A stretch of DNA of 64,000 nt from Camelus ferus (GCF_009834535.1 NC_045707.1:52826001-52890000); one strand, 5' to 3'; shown: positions 27,573-40,825, counted from the first letter of the stretch. The notes: generated by a model from the sequence alone, not told the origin. Program-made: numbers and translations.

Positions 27573-28021
27573 TACGTGAAACAGACAGAGAAAGGCAAAT
27601 ACAGTATGAGCCCATATATACGTGGAGTATTGATTTTAAAAGCCAAATGCACAGAAACAGAGAGCAGAAGGGTGGTTGTCAGGGGTGAGGAAGTGAGGGA
27701 AATGAGAATTTGGTCAAAGGGCACGAACTTTATTATGAGCTGAGTAAGTTCTGGTGTCTCACGTGCAGCAGGATGAACGTAGTTAATAGCACTGTATGTA
27801 GCACATGCTTGGAAAATGCTAAGAGAAGGTCTTAAATGTTCTCACCACAAAAAAAAAACAAACTGTAATTATGTGAGGTGGTGGATGTGTTTTCTAATCT
27901 TATTGTGGTCATCATTGCACAACATATACATAAATTAAATCACCACATCGTATGCTTTAAACTTACACAATGTTACATGTCAACTAAATCTCTATAAAGC
28001 TGGAACAAAATAAAAATAAAT
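27573..28021 (+). mobile_element. 5'-truncated L1 (L1MA9/MB-like 3' UTR) with 15-bp TSD
   Basis: L1 3' UTR (cagacagagaaaggcaaatac...taaatgttctcaccac...taaagctgg) with A tail. Perfect TSD AAGACAAACTTCTCT at 27558-27572 and 28022-28036. Confidence 0.9.
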
Positions 28022-28664
28022 AAGACAAACTTCTCTGTAACAGCACAACCAGTGGCGGAAAAGAATGTCAACTACTAGCATAAACTCCTTTTTAATTTCA
28101 TGATTAACCTTAAAATTTAATATGAATTGAAGATGCTGGTCTATAACATAGCCATAAATATACAATAAATCTCTAAGAATGGACTGTTATTTTAAAAATT
28201 ACTCATCACAGAGGAATCTTAACACTTCGTGAAGACAGAATGTGTTTATCCCATCACTTACGCAGCGTTAAGCGGCCATACCCCAGTTTGAGGCGTACTG
28301 GGTGAAGACGCTGTCTTTAGCACTGTTTTCAGAGTCATAACTTTGTCCTCTGAGACACTGGCCTGGAATTAGAATCCAGGACCCAGAGGGAGGAGGACAC
28401 AGACGTAAATTTCAGGAGGCCTGAAACTAGCAAGGAGTCAGGTTCTAATGGCAGGGCAGCGCCGGGAAGGGCAGACAGTGCCAAAGAGGGGTTTGGAAGA
28501 ATTTGAGGGAGGAGGGTGGAGAAGAGGCAGAGAAAGAGAAGAAAATGAGGGTATTAGTTAAAATCAACATCAATTTCAGCAGGAAACCCAGAGGCTCTAG
28601 ACGCAAAGGAAGAAAACAATGGTTTCAATAAAGATATTAATATAAAGGTAAACATTAGAATGAA

Positions 28665-29095
28665 AGTACAGACCATTTCACATACTGAGAAAAGGACAAC
28701 ATATTAATTAAATGCAACCTATAGGCCTTATTTAGATCTTAGTTAAGGTGAACTTTAAATATTGAGACATTCAGTGGACTTTGAATATGAGTAATGGGTA
28801 TTTGATGATGATAAGGAATTATTGTCTTTTGTGGTGTGACGATTGTATGGCAGTCATTTTTTAAAACAGTTCTTTAAAGAAATACATGAAAATTTTATTA
28901 ATAAAATATTATGCTGTCTTGAGTTTTCTCAGAATAAGCTGGTGTGAGCAGAGAAGTGATCAGGGTTATAATTCAAACAAGACTGGTCACAAATAATAAT
29001 TGTGGACACTGGGAGATTCTTACATGGGGTTCATTACAGTATTCTCTCTACTTTTGTATGTGTTGAAAATTTTCCATTGAAAATTAAAAAAAAAT
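28665..29095 (+). mobile_element. Old L1 (L1MC/ME-type) 3' UTR
   Basis: tacatggggttcattacagtattctctctacttttgtatgtgttgaaaattttccat followed by an A tail. Confidence 0.75.
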
Positions 29096-29479
29096 AGTCA
29101 AGTATTGAGAGCAAGACTAACATTCAGAAGCTAGAAGACAGAGCTCTGAGGGGGGAAGATCCAAGTGGGGAAAGTTGGAGAGAGGGGCCTGAGGGCAGGG
29201 TGCGAGGGGGTGTGGGGAGGGAATGCGTGGGGGGGGGTCATGTTTAATAAGCAACCGATGAAATTTACACATCCCCAATTTCACCTGTAAAATCTTCAAA
29301 CTTTTTATTACTTTCCATGTGTCTCTTTAAGATTTTGGACTGAGTGCATCCTTTCTAGAAAATGCATATAGTTTTGAATCCCTGCAGCAAGGTGGTTGGC
29401 AGGCAGTGGGGGAGAGAGAAGGGAGGCCCCAGGCAAGGGCAGAAGGCATGAGGAGAGAGAGGGGGTCTGAGTGCAGTTA

Positions 29480-31540
29480 GAAACCGACCCCATGGAAGAG
29501 CACGCCTGTCTCATTGAGCCTGCTGTAACAGCTTAACCTCTACACAGAAACAGAAAAGCAGCCTCCTGAGGAACCCGGACTCTGGTTTGAAAAAAGGCAG
29601 ATTTTGGAGGGGGTCTAGATTTGGAGCAAGCAGTTGTCATGGCAGGACCCCCCCACCCCCATTTCTGTGGCTGTGCCCTTGGGGCAAACACAGTCATTGA
29701 GGTGGCAGCCTAATGATGTCTGAAAGTAGAAGACAAAACCCACTGCCTTTCTGGCTGGAAGAATCCGGGGCAGCCTGGTCACCAGAGAGCTCGGGGGCTA
29801 CCTCAGCATGGAGAGAACCTGGGGGAAAACAGAGCCCGCATGTGTTTTCAACTCAGCGCAGATCACCAAGATTCCCAACTGCACATGTGTCAGAAAACTG
29901 GGAGTGGCCGGCAGCCAAGGTACGAAGGCTGAACGAAGCTGAGCCGCAGCCCAGCACGGCCACGCAAGGTGCAGTTTGCACCTGAGCTAGAGTTAGTCCC
30001 TCATGAAACAAAACAGCACTATTCTTCAGAGCAGGGAGAAAATACAGAATTTCCAGAACACAACACTTACACCATCAAGACTGCAATCTGGAAGGACTTG
30101 ACGTACAAGTACAATTTTATAATGGAAAATTATAAACCAACTTCATAAGAAAAGTCAATTAATTAATACCCACTCAAGATCAATCAGATGTAATTATCAA
30201 AGCCTTTAAAGCAACTATTACAACTATGATCAATGAGGTAAAACTACACTTTGGTGTGTTCACACACATACACACACGTGTATATATGTGTACATAGCAC
30301 ATGTATATTGAATATATTCTCAGCAGGGAAGTAAAAACATTTTTAAAAGATCCAAAGGAGGTTCTGGAACATAATATTACAATAGCTGGAAAAAGTTCAC
30401 TGAACGTGTTTAATAGAAGAATGGAGATGACAGAAGAGAAATCAATACATTTGATCGGTAAAAAGCATCCTGTCTAAACAAGGGAAAGGGAAAAGTGACT
30501 TTAAAATCCCAGAGCCTCAGGTGCCTCTGGAAGAAAGTAAATAATAAAAATAAGATCTAAGATCCAGTAAAAAGAAGAATCAAACAACAGAGAAAATTAA
30601 CAAAACCAAAATCCGATTCTCTGAAAAGACTAACAGAATTGACAACCGTCCTAGACTGATGAAGAAAACAAGACGGAGAGAAAACACAAATTGCCGATAT
30701 TGGAAATGAAAGAGAGGGGATTATTACAGTCCCTAAATACATTAAAAGAACAGGGGAAATTATAAACAATTTTGTCCAAAAAATGCTGTAATTTAAATTA
30801 ACTGGAGATTTACACCCCTCATGAACGTATCATAAAAATTCTTAGCAATACATAAACAAAATAAATCCAGAAATACATATAAAGGATAAAATATCATGAC
30901 CAAGTGGGATTTGTACTTGGAATGCAAGCTTGTTTGAGTATTAGAATGTTAATAAATTCAGCATATTAACAGGAATAAAGGAAAAAATATGTGATAATCT
31001 ACACACAGGCGGAGAAAATGCTTACCAAATTCAATCATCCATTCACATGTAAATATGAATTTCCCTCCCCATGGAAAACTAGGAATAGAAGGGAACTTAA
31101 TCAATCTGCTAAAGTGTATATAGAAAAAGAAAAACAGAAACAAAATACTTTAGCCTTGCCATATGCAAAGCTGAAATAGTGAACATTTGCCCCTTATGAT
31201 TGGGAATAAGTTAGGAATGCCCATTGTACTGAACCGCAAGCCAGTACAATAAGACAAGAAAAAAATCACAGAGTGGGGAGTAAGATACACTGTTGTATCT
31301 GTTTGTAAATTACATGTTTGTTTACGTAGAAAATCTTCAGAAGGCAATAAAACACCTAAAAGAACAAATAGTAAGTGTAGCAGGACAGAATACAAGCTTA
31401 ATAAAGGGAAACTGATTTTAGTATATTAGCAGCAAAGGATAAAAAGTGGAATTTGAAAATTCCATTGTAATAATTGTCTAGAAAAACACCTGACGAAAGA
31501 CTTGAAAACCTCCACTCTGACAACTACTGAAATTGCTAAG
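29480..31540 (+). mobile_element. Fragmented old L1 (5' region/ORF1 plus ORF2 pieces)
   Basis: ORF1-like gacagaagagaaatcaat and agagcctcagg..ctctgg. ORF2-like catgaccaagtgggattt..ggaatgcaag and aaactaggaatagaagggaactt. Confidence 0.7.
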
Positions 31541-33124
31541 CGTTCCATTGTTCAGTTAATTAAGTCTAGCTTGCCAGGCTTTTTAGACTTGTACATCCTG
31601 ATAATTTGCTATATCTAATTCACTACTACTTATAAAGTGACTTCTAGAGTCTCTCATGACACAGCTCACAACCTGAGAAAAGGCAAATGAAGTAAGTTTT
31701 AAGTGTTTTCCCCATTACTTCGTTCCATTGTTACTTTTAGCAGTTTTCTAGAGTAAAATGGCTGAAATTTAGAGAGAAAGACAGAATGAGTGATGTCTTG
31801 GGCGTATTCCAAGAGCAGGCAGTTGAGTTACAGCCATTTTGTTAGGGTTAGAAAGACACCAACGGTTATTCCTTAAAGTTTTCATTACTCATTTTGAAGA
31901 AACAGAGAGTAATGGTGTTTTGGAAAGACTCAAGTCAGAAAAATGGATTTGCCTCAGGATGAAAATTCATTTGGGTACAGGGGCTCATATTCTCAGACAC
32001 AGTAATGAAGGTGGCATTCCACCACACAGCAGCTTTCCAAAAATCAGAGGACTTTGGCCATTCATCGCTGCCAGGTTGTTCCTGTGAAGGACTGAGGACG
32101 CATCCCATCCAGGAGACACTCCTGGATGAGACATGTGGCTATGGGTGTGGTCAAGGTGCCAGAGACAGATCACAGACATCCTAGTAAAGGGCAGCATTGA
32201 TGCCAGGATAGACAATGATCAAATGGGTTGCTCCAATTGTGATGACAAGGGAATCCTCATAGACGTATATAATTTTGACAAATATTTCTTTCACACTACT
32301 TTCTTGAGCATGCTTTACATTTAAGACATTGGGCTTGACGCTAAAAAGAATACAAGTATAATTTAAACAGAACTTCTGCCTTCAAATGACTGATGACTTA
32401 TCAGGGTTAAATGATTTTATACAAAGATGCCAATGAAATTCAAGGTGAAAAGTCAATAAAACTTGGAGGAGGGACTACGAGATATCTTTGTGGGGGAGAA
32501 AATAATATTAATCCTTAACTCAAAGCAAACATGAAAATTAATTCAACATGGATCATAGGACCAAATGTAAACACTTATAAAATACAAAAGAAATGATATA
32601 TACAAGAAAAACTACAAGCCAAGGCATAAAGAAAAACTTCAGGAAACCAGTGCAAGGTATGGTTAATGATTTGAAAGAGAGTGAGATTAGCTGTAGATGA
32701 AGAAACTATAAGACTTCATGAGGAATGAGTCTTGAGTCGCTCCTATCCTGGCCTTTAAAGTGGTGGGAGAAACACCGTTTCTCTTTGGGAAACAAGGGCA
32801 GGCAGTAGAGAGGATCTGGGTTGACCACTAAATACCGGGATGGGACAGAGACAGGTCTGGCCAGCTGCAGGGTAACCGGGCAGAAGGACATTGTCCCCCT
32901 GTGGGGAACCTGGTTATCTTCACATTTACCTTCACGGTTTCAGAGAGTGAGTCCCAGACATCCAACAGAAAGGTAGAATGCAATGCCAGGTGTTCGCGGA
33001 GGGACCTGCACGCACAGAGTCAGGGACCTGCATGCACGGTCAGGGAGGAGAATGAGCACCATCTGAGAAACACACCCACCGGGGTGGAGGAAGGCAAAGG
33101 AGGTTAAGTCGCGACAGTGAAGTG

Positions 33125-33303
33125 CTCAGACGAAGAGGTCAGCAGTCTGCAAGTCAGACGAGGGCCCTCACCCGAACCTGAGCACGCTGGCACCCGGATC
33201 TCAGACGGCCAGCCTCCAGAACCGTGAGAAATAAACTGCTGTTGATAAGCCACTCAGTCTATGCTGTTTTGTTACAGCAGCTCCAGCAGACTGAGACTGA
33301 GAC
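33125..33303 (+). mobile_element. MaLR LTR (MLT1A/B-like) 3' half
   Basis: cagcctccagaaccgtgagaaataaactgctgttgataagccactcagtctatgctgttttgttacagcagc. Confidence 0.85.
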
Positions 33304-33574
33304 AGAAGAACCCTGGAGGGCTCCTCGGGACAGCTGTAAGAGCTGAAGAAGGCTAGGAAGCCAGTTTTGCAGGTGCACGGTGAGGTGGGAGCACATGGAT
33401 CCTGCATTCAAGGCAAGTGAGCTTGGCCACACAGAAACTCAGAGAGCAAGGTAGAATCCAGCCGTGTGGCTGGACCATCCCCAGCTCCTATCAACTTGTC
33501 TACTCCCGAGTCAGTGCAGGGAGCACTGGGTGTGCCAGTCCACAGCTGGGGCAGGAAGAGGCGAGTGGTGATTG

Positions 33575-33875
33575 CTGCGGGTGGGGTTCCCTTAGTAACC
33601 ATGTTGAGACAAGAATTTGAGTGTAAGTCATTGTTTGAAACGTTATCCTAAGAAGTACTAATAGGGCAGGATGGAAGGAAACAGGGAGAGAAATACAGGA
33701 ATCGTCACTGAGCAGGCTACCCGTGTCCACATCTGACACTGTGCACGCTGGACACCAGAATGTCCAGTGTCCCGCCTCCTTGTGGTGACCGTCCCTCGGG
33801 GTTCTTGTGTCCACATTCCCTGGGAGCACAGGCAGCTCCTTCCCCCAGCACAAACAGAAAATAAGCCAAAACTCC
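33575..33875 (-). mobile_element. Old ERVL/LTR16-like LTR remnant
   Basis: gggttccc...tgagacaagaatttgagtgtaagtcattgtttg resembles the LTR16 terminus. Decayed. Confidence 0.4.
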
Positions 33876-36378
33876 ACAGCCAAGGAGTCAGAAACAGAGT
33901 GGGGAAAAGAGCTGCTCTTAGTCACCAAGCCCGCCACTTTTTGTGCATTTCACTGAACTGAAACAGTAATTAAAGCTGTCCAGATGCTGCCTGTTCAGAG
34001 GAGCACTAAAGTAGAAAACACGAAATTGCTTTAATTGCCTTGAGGTGATTAAATTCGGAAATGCTGGGCTCTCCATCAATCTAGCGTCCTTTCTTAGAAG
34101 AGAAAACACTAACCGTGTTGTGTTTCAGGAATATCGATCCGTCTGAGCCATGTGTGTATTTTTAAATAACTGTAGGCAGGTTATAAATCTAATCTACCTT
34201 CCGATCCTTGGTGGTGCCTTAAGCTTTCCTATCCATCCCACAGAAACACATCTGCTTCCTTAGTCCTGCCTCACTAGCTGAGAAACTGCTTCTTACCTGG
34301 CTGCACGCACAACAGCAACACTGCAAAGATAAGCTCTCTGGGGCAGAAATTCTTATGGTGTCTCTAAAGTAAAAGTAGACTAGATTGACGAGGTCACTTA
34401 AAGCGGCTGCCTCTTATGAGCAAGGACTCCCATTTGCGCTGTATCCTAACGCAGAGGAAGCCGGGGGGAACGGATCAGTAACATGCGATGACTTCTTCAT
34501 CGACATTAAAGTAAGGATGTGATACCCAGAGGGTGGGCCAGAGAGGGGGTCCTGGGGCACTGAGGTTTAGCCTAATAACTGAAGACAAGCAAACAAAATT
34601 AAAGCATTAATTCAAATATTGAGTGGTAAGTGTAGTGTTAAGAAATGCACTCCTTTGAATCTATAAACATTAACCAGACAAGTCCTACCTCCCAAAGGAA
34701 GCTATAGATCAGTTGGCAAGTTAATGTTTTCTTGGAAAATAAGACACACCATGTATCTTTCCCAGTCCAAGTGGCATAAGTCGTCGGTCACCCATCACTG
34801 CTCTCCAAAGACTGCGAGGAGAGACTGGGCTTCTGAGTCTGCCGTTTGCTAACGTGGTGAAAGGCAGACTAAAGTGGAGCCGAGAAAAATTGGACTCAGA
34901 TTGAAAGTGCAAGAGAAACTGAGTGATCGTGGTGAAATGTTTATGTTTTCGGGTAAATCTTATTTATAAAATCTATTCTGGAGCGATATTCATACAGCTG
35001 TGGGATGTTACCTGTGGAAGGTTTCGGGAAAGCATCTTGTTGCCCTTACCACTGGCTTTAATACTTTGAGGCAAATACTTCACTTTGCTGGCTAATATTC
35101 AGGATTTATTTGTTCCAGTTCAAATTGCAGGGCTGAAAGAATTGATGCTCGGAGCTGGAAGGAAATGGCTTCCCTGAATTTTCTGCATTTTCTCCTTTGA
35201 AAGTTCAACCAGACTAGGCTGACTGCACTCTCCAGCCCCATTTAGTGAGACGTTCCAGTGGACGTTAACACCTGCTGCAAAGTAATTAGCTTCTTCAAAG
35301 TGGAGTGCCCTGCACAGCAGCTAATTCAAAGGAAATGCAATTGTCAGGGCAAAAATAGAAAGTTCCTTTGTGAATCTGCACCCGCACCTGTCAGCTTCAA
35401 TAGCAACTGCCCTTGGGATAGAATAAATGCACAGACCAGTAGGACAGGAGGCAAGGAAATTACTTAACAAGAATCCTACACTTGTGGGATGCATCGTGCT
35501 TGCAGAGGAGGGCACCCCTCAGCACCCTCTGAGAGGAATGGTATTTAAATTCAATATTAAGCTTCCCAAACAAGATATTTTTCCATTCATCACAATTAAA
35601 CATGCACAAAAGTAAACTTTTGTCATTGTAACGACAGTATGTTGATGCTTATTTTAATTAGCAGGAAAGTGAAATATTTTGAAGCATCTGGTTTCCAGTC
35701 ACCTGACATGGATCACACGTTCCCCTTGAGGATGTGGTCACCAAATGGCTTTGTCACCCCTACTTAGTAAACGGAAATATTTCTTCTACTCAAGGTCACA
35801 GCAAAACAAACAAACCTGTGGAAGGCGGCAAGATGAAATTTGCCCAGTGTTAAAAAAGATTGTCCTTAGTTTTCTGGTTTAGCTCAATCATGTAAAGCAT
35901 CAGAGAAGAAGAGTGAACACCAGTAAACAGAGAGGGTGAAAGACTGAACTCAGTGTCACTTCAATGTCTACCCCCATGAATATTTATACGCTGTCTCCAA
36001 ATATAAAGTTTTTTTAAAAGCATCTGTACTAATGTGTTTGGCAAACATCTTCTTGGAGGAGTAAGCCTGGTGACCTGAGACTAAGAGAGAATGACAATCA
36101 TTTTAAAGGAAAGATTTCCAAAACTGTCCTAGCCTGGTCTTTTCTTTCTTCAGCTCCACTGTAGCATCTAACATGTTGATGGGAAATAGTTATTGAATAA
36201 ATGCTGCCCTCCTTACCCACCCCACCTGCCGTCCAGAGCAGCAGACTGTATGGTCATCACGGCCTCACGTACAAAGTTTCTTTAAATATTATAAGGTGTT
36301 CAGCAGAAATCTGTTATAAACTATAGGAGGAAATACGGGTAGTTAAAAATGCCACACTTCCTGGAGTGAGACACAGCT

Positions 36379-36468
36379 GCGCCTAGACGTGGATCCCTGC
36401 AGGTCACGCGCCTAGACGTGGACCCCTGCAAGGTCACGGCGCCTAGACATAGACCCCTGAAAGGTCAC
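36379..36468 (+). repeat. Three-copy ~30-bp minisatellite
   Basis: GCGCCTAGACGTGGAYCCCTGCA(A)GGTCAC x3 (29, 31 and 30 bp). Confidence 0.9.
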
Positions 36469-36875
36469 AGCTAAGGACTCTCATCGGGGGCTCAGCTGAG
36501 GAGGATCTGTTTACAAGCTTGTGTGGTTTTCAGCAGAATTCAGTTCTTTAAGAGCCATTAGACTGAGGAGGGCCTGTGATCTTAGCTGACCCTTGACCTG
36601 AGGCCACCCTCCGGTCCTTGACATGTGGTTTTCTTCAACATGCCAGTTTCTCCATCAAAGTGTGCAAACCAAGAAGGCAACCGAGAGAGCTGCCCAGCAA
36701 AGCAGAAGCCACAGTCTTTTGCAACAATCACAGAGTGACATCCCACTACCGTTGCCACCTTCTGTGGGTTGGAAGCAAGTCATGGGACCCACCCGAACTC
36801 AAGGGACAGGACTACCCAGGGTGTGAGTACCAGGCGGGAATCACTGGGGGCCGTCTTCAAGTTTCCCTCCCTCAT
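36469..36875 (-). mobile_element. MaLR LTR (MLT1F/G-like)
   Basis: cagaattcagttcttt...ggttggaagcaagtca...ctcaagggacagga...gggtgtgagtaccagg...ggggccgtctt. Confidence 0.7.
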
Positions 36876-37114
36876 GGGACCACTGTGAGTATTAAGGCGT
36901 GTGTCTCACGAGAAGGACTTGGCAAACATCAGTTCCTGCCCATCGTCAGAATGCCTCCTCTTCCTCAGTTGTCAGAGACCCCAGTTACTTTGTTGGGCTC
37001 TGTGCCTACATTGTCTCAACCACATGGGTTTCCATGATTTATGTTTCAGAGACTGTTCCAGTCCACTGCTGACTCTCCTTCCTGGTGAACGTTTTCTCTG
37101 ATGCCTTCCTGCTG

Positions 37115-37250
37115 GATTAACGTAACTTCCCTAATTTGTAGGTGTGGTGTGGAGCTCAGATGAGATCATCTTTGTAAAGGGTTTCAATAGTGCTTGGAAC
37201 ATGGCAAATACTCAATAAATTTTATCATCACCATCACTGTCATTACTATA
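37115..37250 (+). mobile_element. MIR tail
   Basis: gatgagatcatctttgtaaaggg...tagtgcttggaacatggcaaatactcaataaat. Confidence 0.6.
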
Positions 37251-38454
37251 AAAAGGCAAGTTGGGATTAGATTACAGGGAACCTAAAATTTGGGGCCAAG
37301 GAAAAATTCTTACTCTGAAGATAATAGGTTTCCTGGGTGCCCATGGTCAGTGTGCCTCAAAAATCACTATCTAAAAAGAAGTGTAACAAATATTTTAAAA
37401 TACATATATATATAGCAAAAAGTCGATTCAAGGGAGAATCATAATTTCTGTTAAAAGACAGAGACTAGGATGGCTGTGGGAGGACTCTGGGGTAACGTCT
37501 GAACTTGTCAGTAATTGCCACTGGCAGTCACATGACTGCATCTGATTCCCGCAGCCCCCAGTCCACAGCCAACCCTTGATTCTTTCAGCCTCCCCCGAAG
37601 GTCATCCAGCGAGCCCAGCCCCTGCAGCACACCCACCCTCCCTTCCTCTTACTCAGATGCCTGGTTGCTGTGCTGTCTTTTCGCTGCAGGTGTAGTCCTG
37701 GCAGCCTCAGGGGCAGAGCGTCGGGCTTTATCCCTACCCAGCTACTCTCCTCCAACAACAAGTATGTCCACATCTTCCAGCGTTGCGTTACTGAGGAATC
37801 CTGTGTGTGGTCAGATCAGCACAGAAACAGCATTCTCATCACTGAATTTCCATCATAAGAATGTAGTCTGATTACTTTTCTGGCTCAAAAAAAGGCAGAA
37901 ACTTCTATCCTCAAACATAACAAGCATCTCAAAGCAGGGGAAGCCAGATATTTGTTCTCTCATAATCAGACCCTTCTTTGAGGAGGCATTAGAAGACAAA
38001 TAAACATAAATATATATCCAACACACACGTTTTAACATACACATATACATGTGCACTGCACATACATACACAAGTGTGTGCACACGTATGTGCGTGCATG
38101 TTTGTATGTAGAGCTCTACCTCAGAATTGGCCGTGAGCCCATGTTAACTCTCTTGAAACAAGTATTCATAAGGAAATGGTGAAACATAAGGAAATTGAGA
38201 ATCAATACTGAATAATTTAAGTCAGTTATTAACTTTATTACATTAGCAGTAGTGCATTCATTTCAATTATTGATCTAGCCTACATCATCAGAGTGGGCAA
38301 AGCTTCTGGTATTGACTGTAAGCCAAACGGGAAGGGGAGAGGCAGAGAACGGAAGGTGCCCTTCTCACCCACCTGGCTCCAGAGCATCGCTGAGAGAGGG
38401 GAAGATCTGTGTACGTGGAGTGATAGATACGTGTTCACTGATTGGAACGGAGCG

Positions 38455-38620
38455 AGCCAGTTACTCCCTCAACATGGGCCAGTCGTGTTCACGTGAGAAT
38501 TAAACCTGCCTGCAGGTTTATTTGTGGTTTGATGATAAAATGCAGGTGAAGTGTTCAGCATAGTACCTGGTACGCTGTAGGCGCATGGTAGGAACACAGC
38601 AGATCATACCTACTATCAGT
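38455..38620 (+). mobile_element. MIR remnant
   Basis: gataaaatgcaggtgaagtgttcagcatagtacctggtac. Confidence 0.5.
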
Positions 38621-40599
38621 ATTTTATTCACAGCTTCCTCCACTGCTGTTCTTTTCATCCACCTATTTCTTCCAGTATTAACTTTCTCTTATCAAACTGG
38701 TAGAAACGTCTACACCACTGAACTGATAGGCCCATCTTGTCCTTTATGCACCGAGCTAGAAACAGAACTCCAGAGCCAGACATACCGATTAACTGCCATG
38801 GCTAAGTAGATGCCTTGTTCTGACTTTCTTCATAGGTAGAAATGAAAACACAACAAAAATCAACTGTCATCCTCTGTTCCGTTCCCTCCTGCAACCGCCT
38901 TTCAAGAAAAACAAAGTTGAACTCAAAATGCGACTCTTATAATTCAGGAGTATGATAAGTCTTAAGAAACAAAAAAATCTTAAAACCATTTGTGAACTAT
39001 AATAATACAATCTAAACAATACTGTTAGGAGCACCAGTAAATTTAGACAATGAACAAAATGTATGTAAATAAAATACCCACAAATGTGAATGCACAGCCC
39101 ACAAATGCATCTTTATACACAGCCTTCTCAGCGGGGAGATCCAGGCAGGACAGTGCATTCTCTCCGCTTCTTTATAGAGCGTCCACTTTGTGGAGTCTGG
39201 GCTGACAATGACTCATCTCAGTCCCCAAGGATTTTCTACATGTGTTGCTGAGGGTAATGTTGTGAAGCAAGATTTAATATAGAAAAGTTAAAAAAAAAAA
39301 AAAAAAGATAGTTTTAATGAAATAAGTTAAAACCCAGAGGCTGATCAGGAATTCTGTCTAGCTCAGCCTTCACCAGGACCCTCTTTTGACCTTGCTCAAG
39401 GAAACCAGCAGAACAAGCTGTGTTGGGTAATGTCTTCTGGAACGAAGGAATGGAGTCATTACACAATGATAAATCAAAGGAAGACTCTTTTCCAGTGACG
39501 TGATTAGTAACTCCAGGGTCAGAGGCAGAGCGCCGAGAAGAGGTCCAGTGACGTTAGCCTGTAACCTTCATGGCCTGATCGGAGCTGCCATTATAGTGGC
39601 TCTAATGGTGTCATTTTTATTTTACTAGTAACCAACCAGCTGGGTCAAAGAGGGGGAACAGACACATTCAGCCTCAAAGCACCTTGTTTGGTTTCCTAGC
39701 AATTGAATAACAGCATCTCTGGTGAGCTGCTAATGAAATTCTCCTCTCTTAACATCTAATCAAAATTCACAGCCAGAAGCAACATGGAAAGACTGTCCCA
39801 GCTAAAACATTGATTATTCTGGTGATAAAACTGTCTCAACAGTGGGCTTCAAGCAGACACGTTCTTTGTGACCAGCAATGCTTAGAGCATCACGTTCGCC
39901 CTTTGGTGTTTGACCGTTTCAGACCAGGTGGGAGAGAGGAGAGAGGGCAAAAGAGCCATCCATGCCCCGGCAGGTCCTGCTGGAGCAGCTTGGGAGTCAG
40001 AGGGGAAAGCATGTCAGTGTGTAGCTCTTGTCCTTCAAATCCTGAGAAAAGTGACAGTTGTGTCTGAAAGTCATGAGCGTAGGCACTTCGCCAAATTGAA
40101 GAGATTGATCACTTCAGCCCCAGTTAGGGAACCATTCGAAGGCTCTAGTTGCTCCACCTAGAGAATTCATCTGACAGAACACCGGCATTGGTTAAAATTA
40201 GAGCAACCTCATACGAGTGATTAAAAAAAAAAGTTAAAAATAACATTAGAGCAACCTCGGACCTACTCACCCACTGTAATGTGTTCTCTAAATGGGGCGC
40301 TGCCATTGGCAAGGCTCTGAACATCCAGCACCACAGGCACCATTAGCATCAAGAAGAAAACAGTTCTCTACGCTCAGCGCTTGCAGGGCTCTGGGCACGG
40401 TGATCTGGAGACAGAGCCAACACAGTCTGCCAACCATATGGCCTACTTTCCACTTCTTTTCTTACGGCAAACACGCATGGCCTTCACCTGTCATCCTGTA
40501 AGCGACCCTGTTGTAAAACTTAAGGCTAAAAAGAAATAAGAAGTGCTTTATTTATCTATTTGTTATTTACGATAATAATAATAATCAAAGGTGGGTGGG

Positions 40600-40825
40600 A
40601 AGTAACAATCATTAGTGAGAAGTGACCTTGTGCCAGACACTCTGTCAATGCTTCATGTGGGTCACATCGCTTCAACTTCACGTGACGTCTGCGATCGAGA
40701 CAGATTACTATTGTGCTTATTTTAGAGACGAGGAAGCCTGAAGCTGGAAGGAACCTGTGGCTCACCCCGGGCACAAGACAGCAGAGCCACTCGCCCAGGG
40801 CCGCACATGCAGACCACTCACCCTC
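40600..40825 (-). mobile_element. MIR remnant
   Basis: tgtgccagacactctg...attttagagacgaggaagcctgaagct. Confidence 0.6.

Noticed and set aside
36379..36468. CRISPR-like ~30-bp repeats
   Set aside because: No spacers, no cas genes and a mammalian context. It is a minisatellite.
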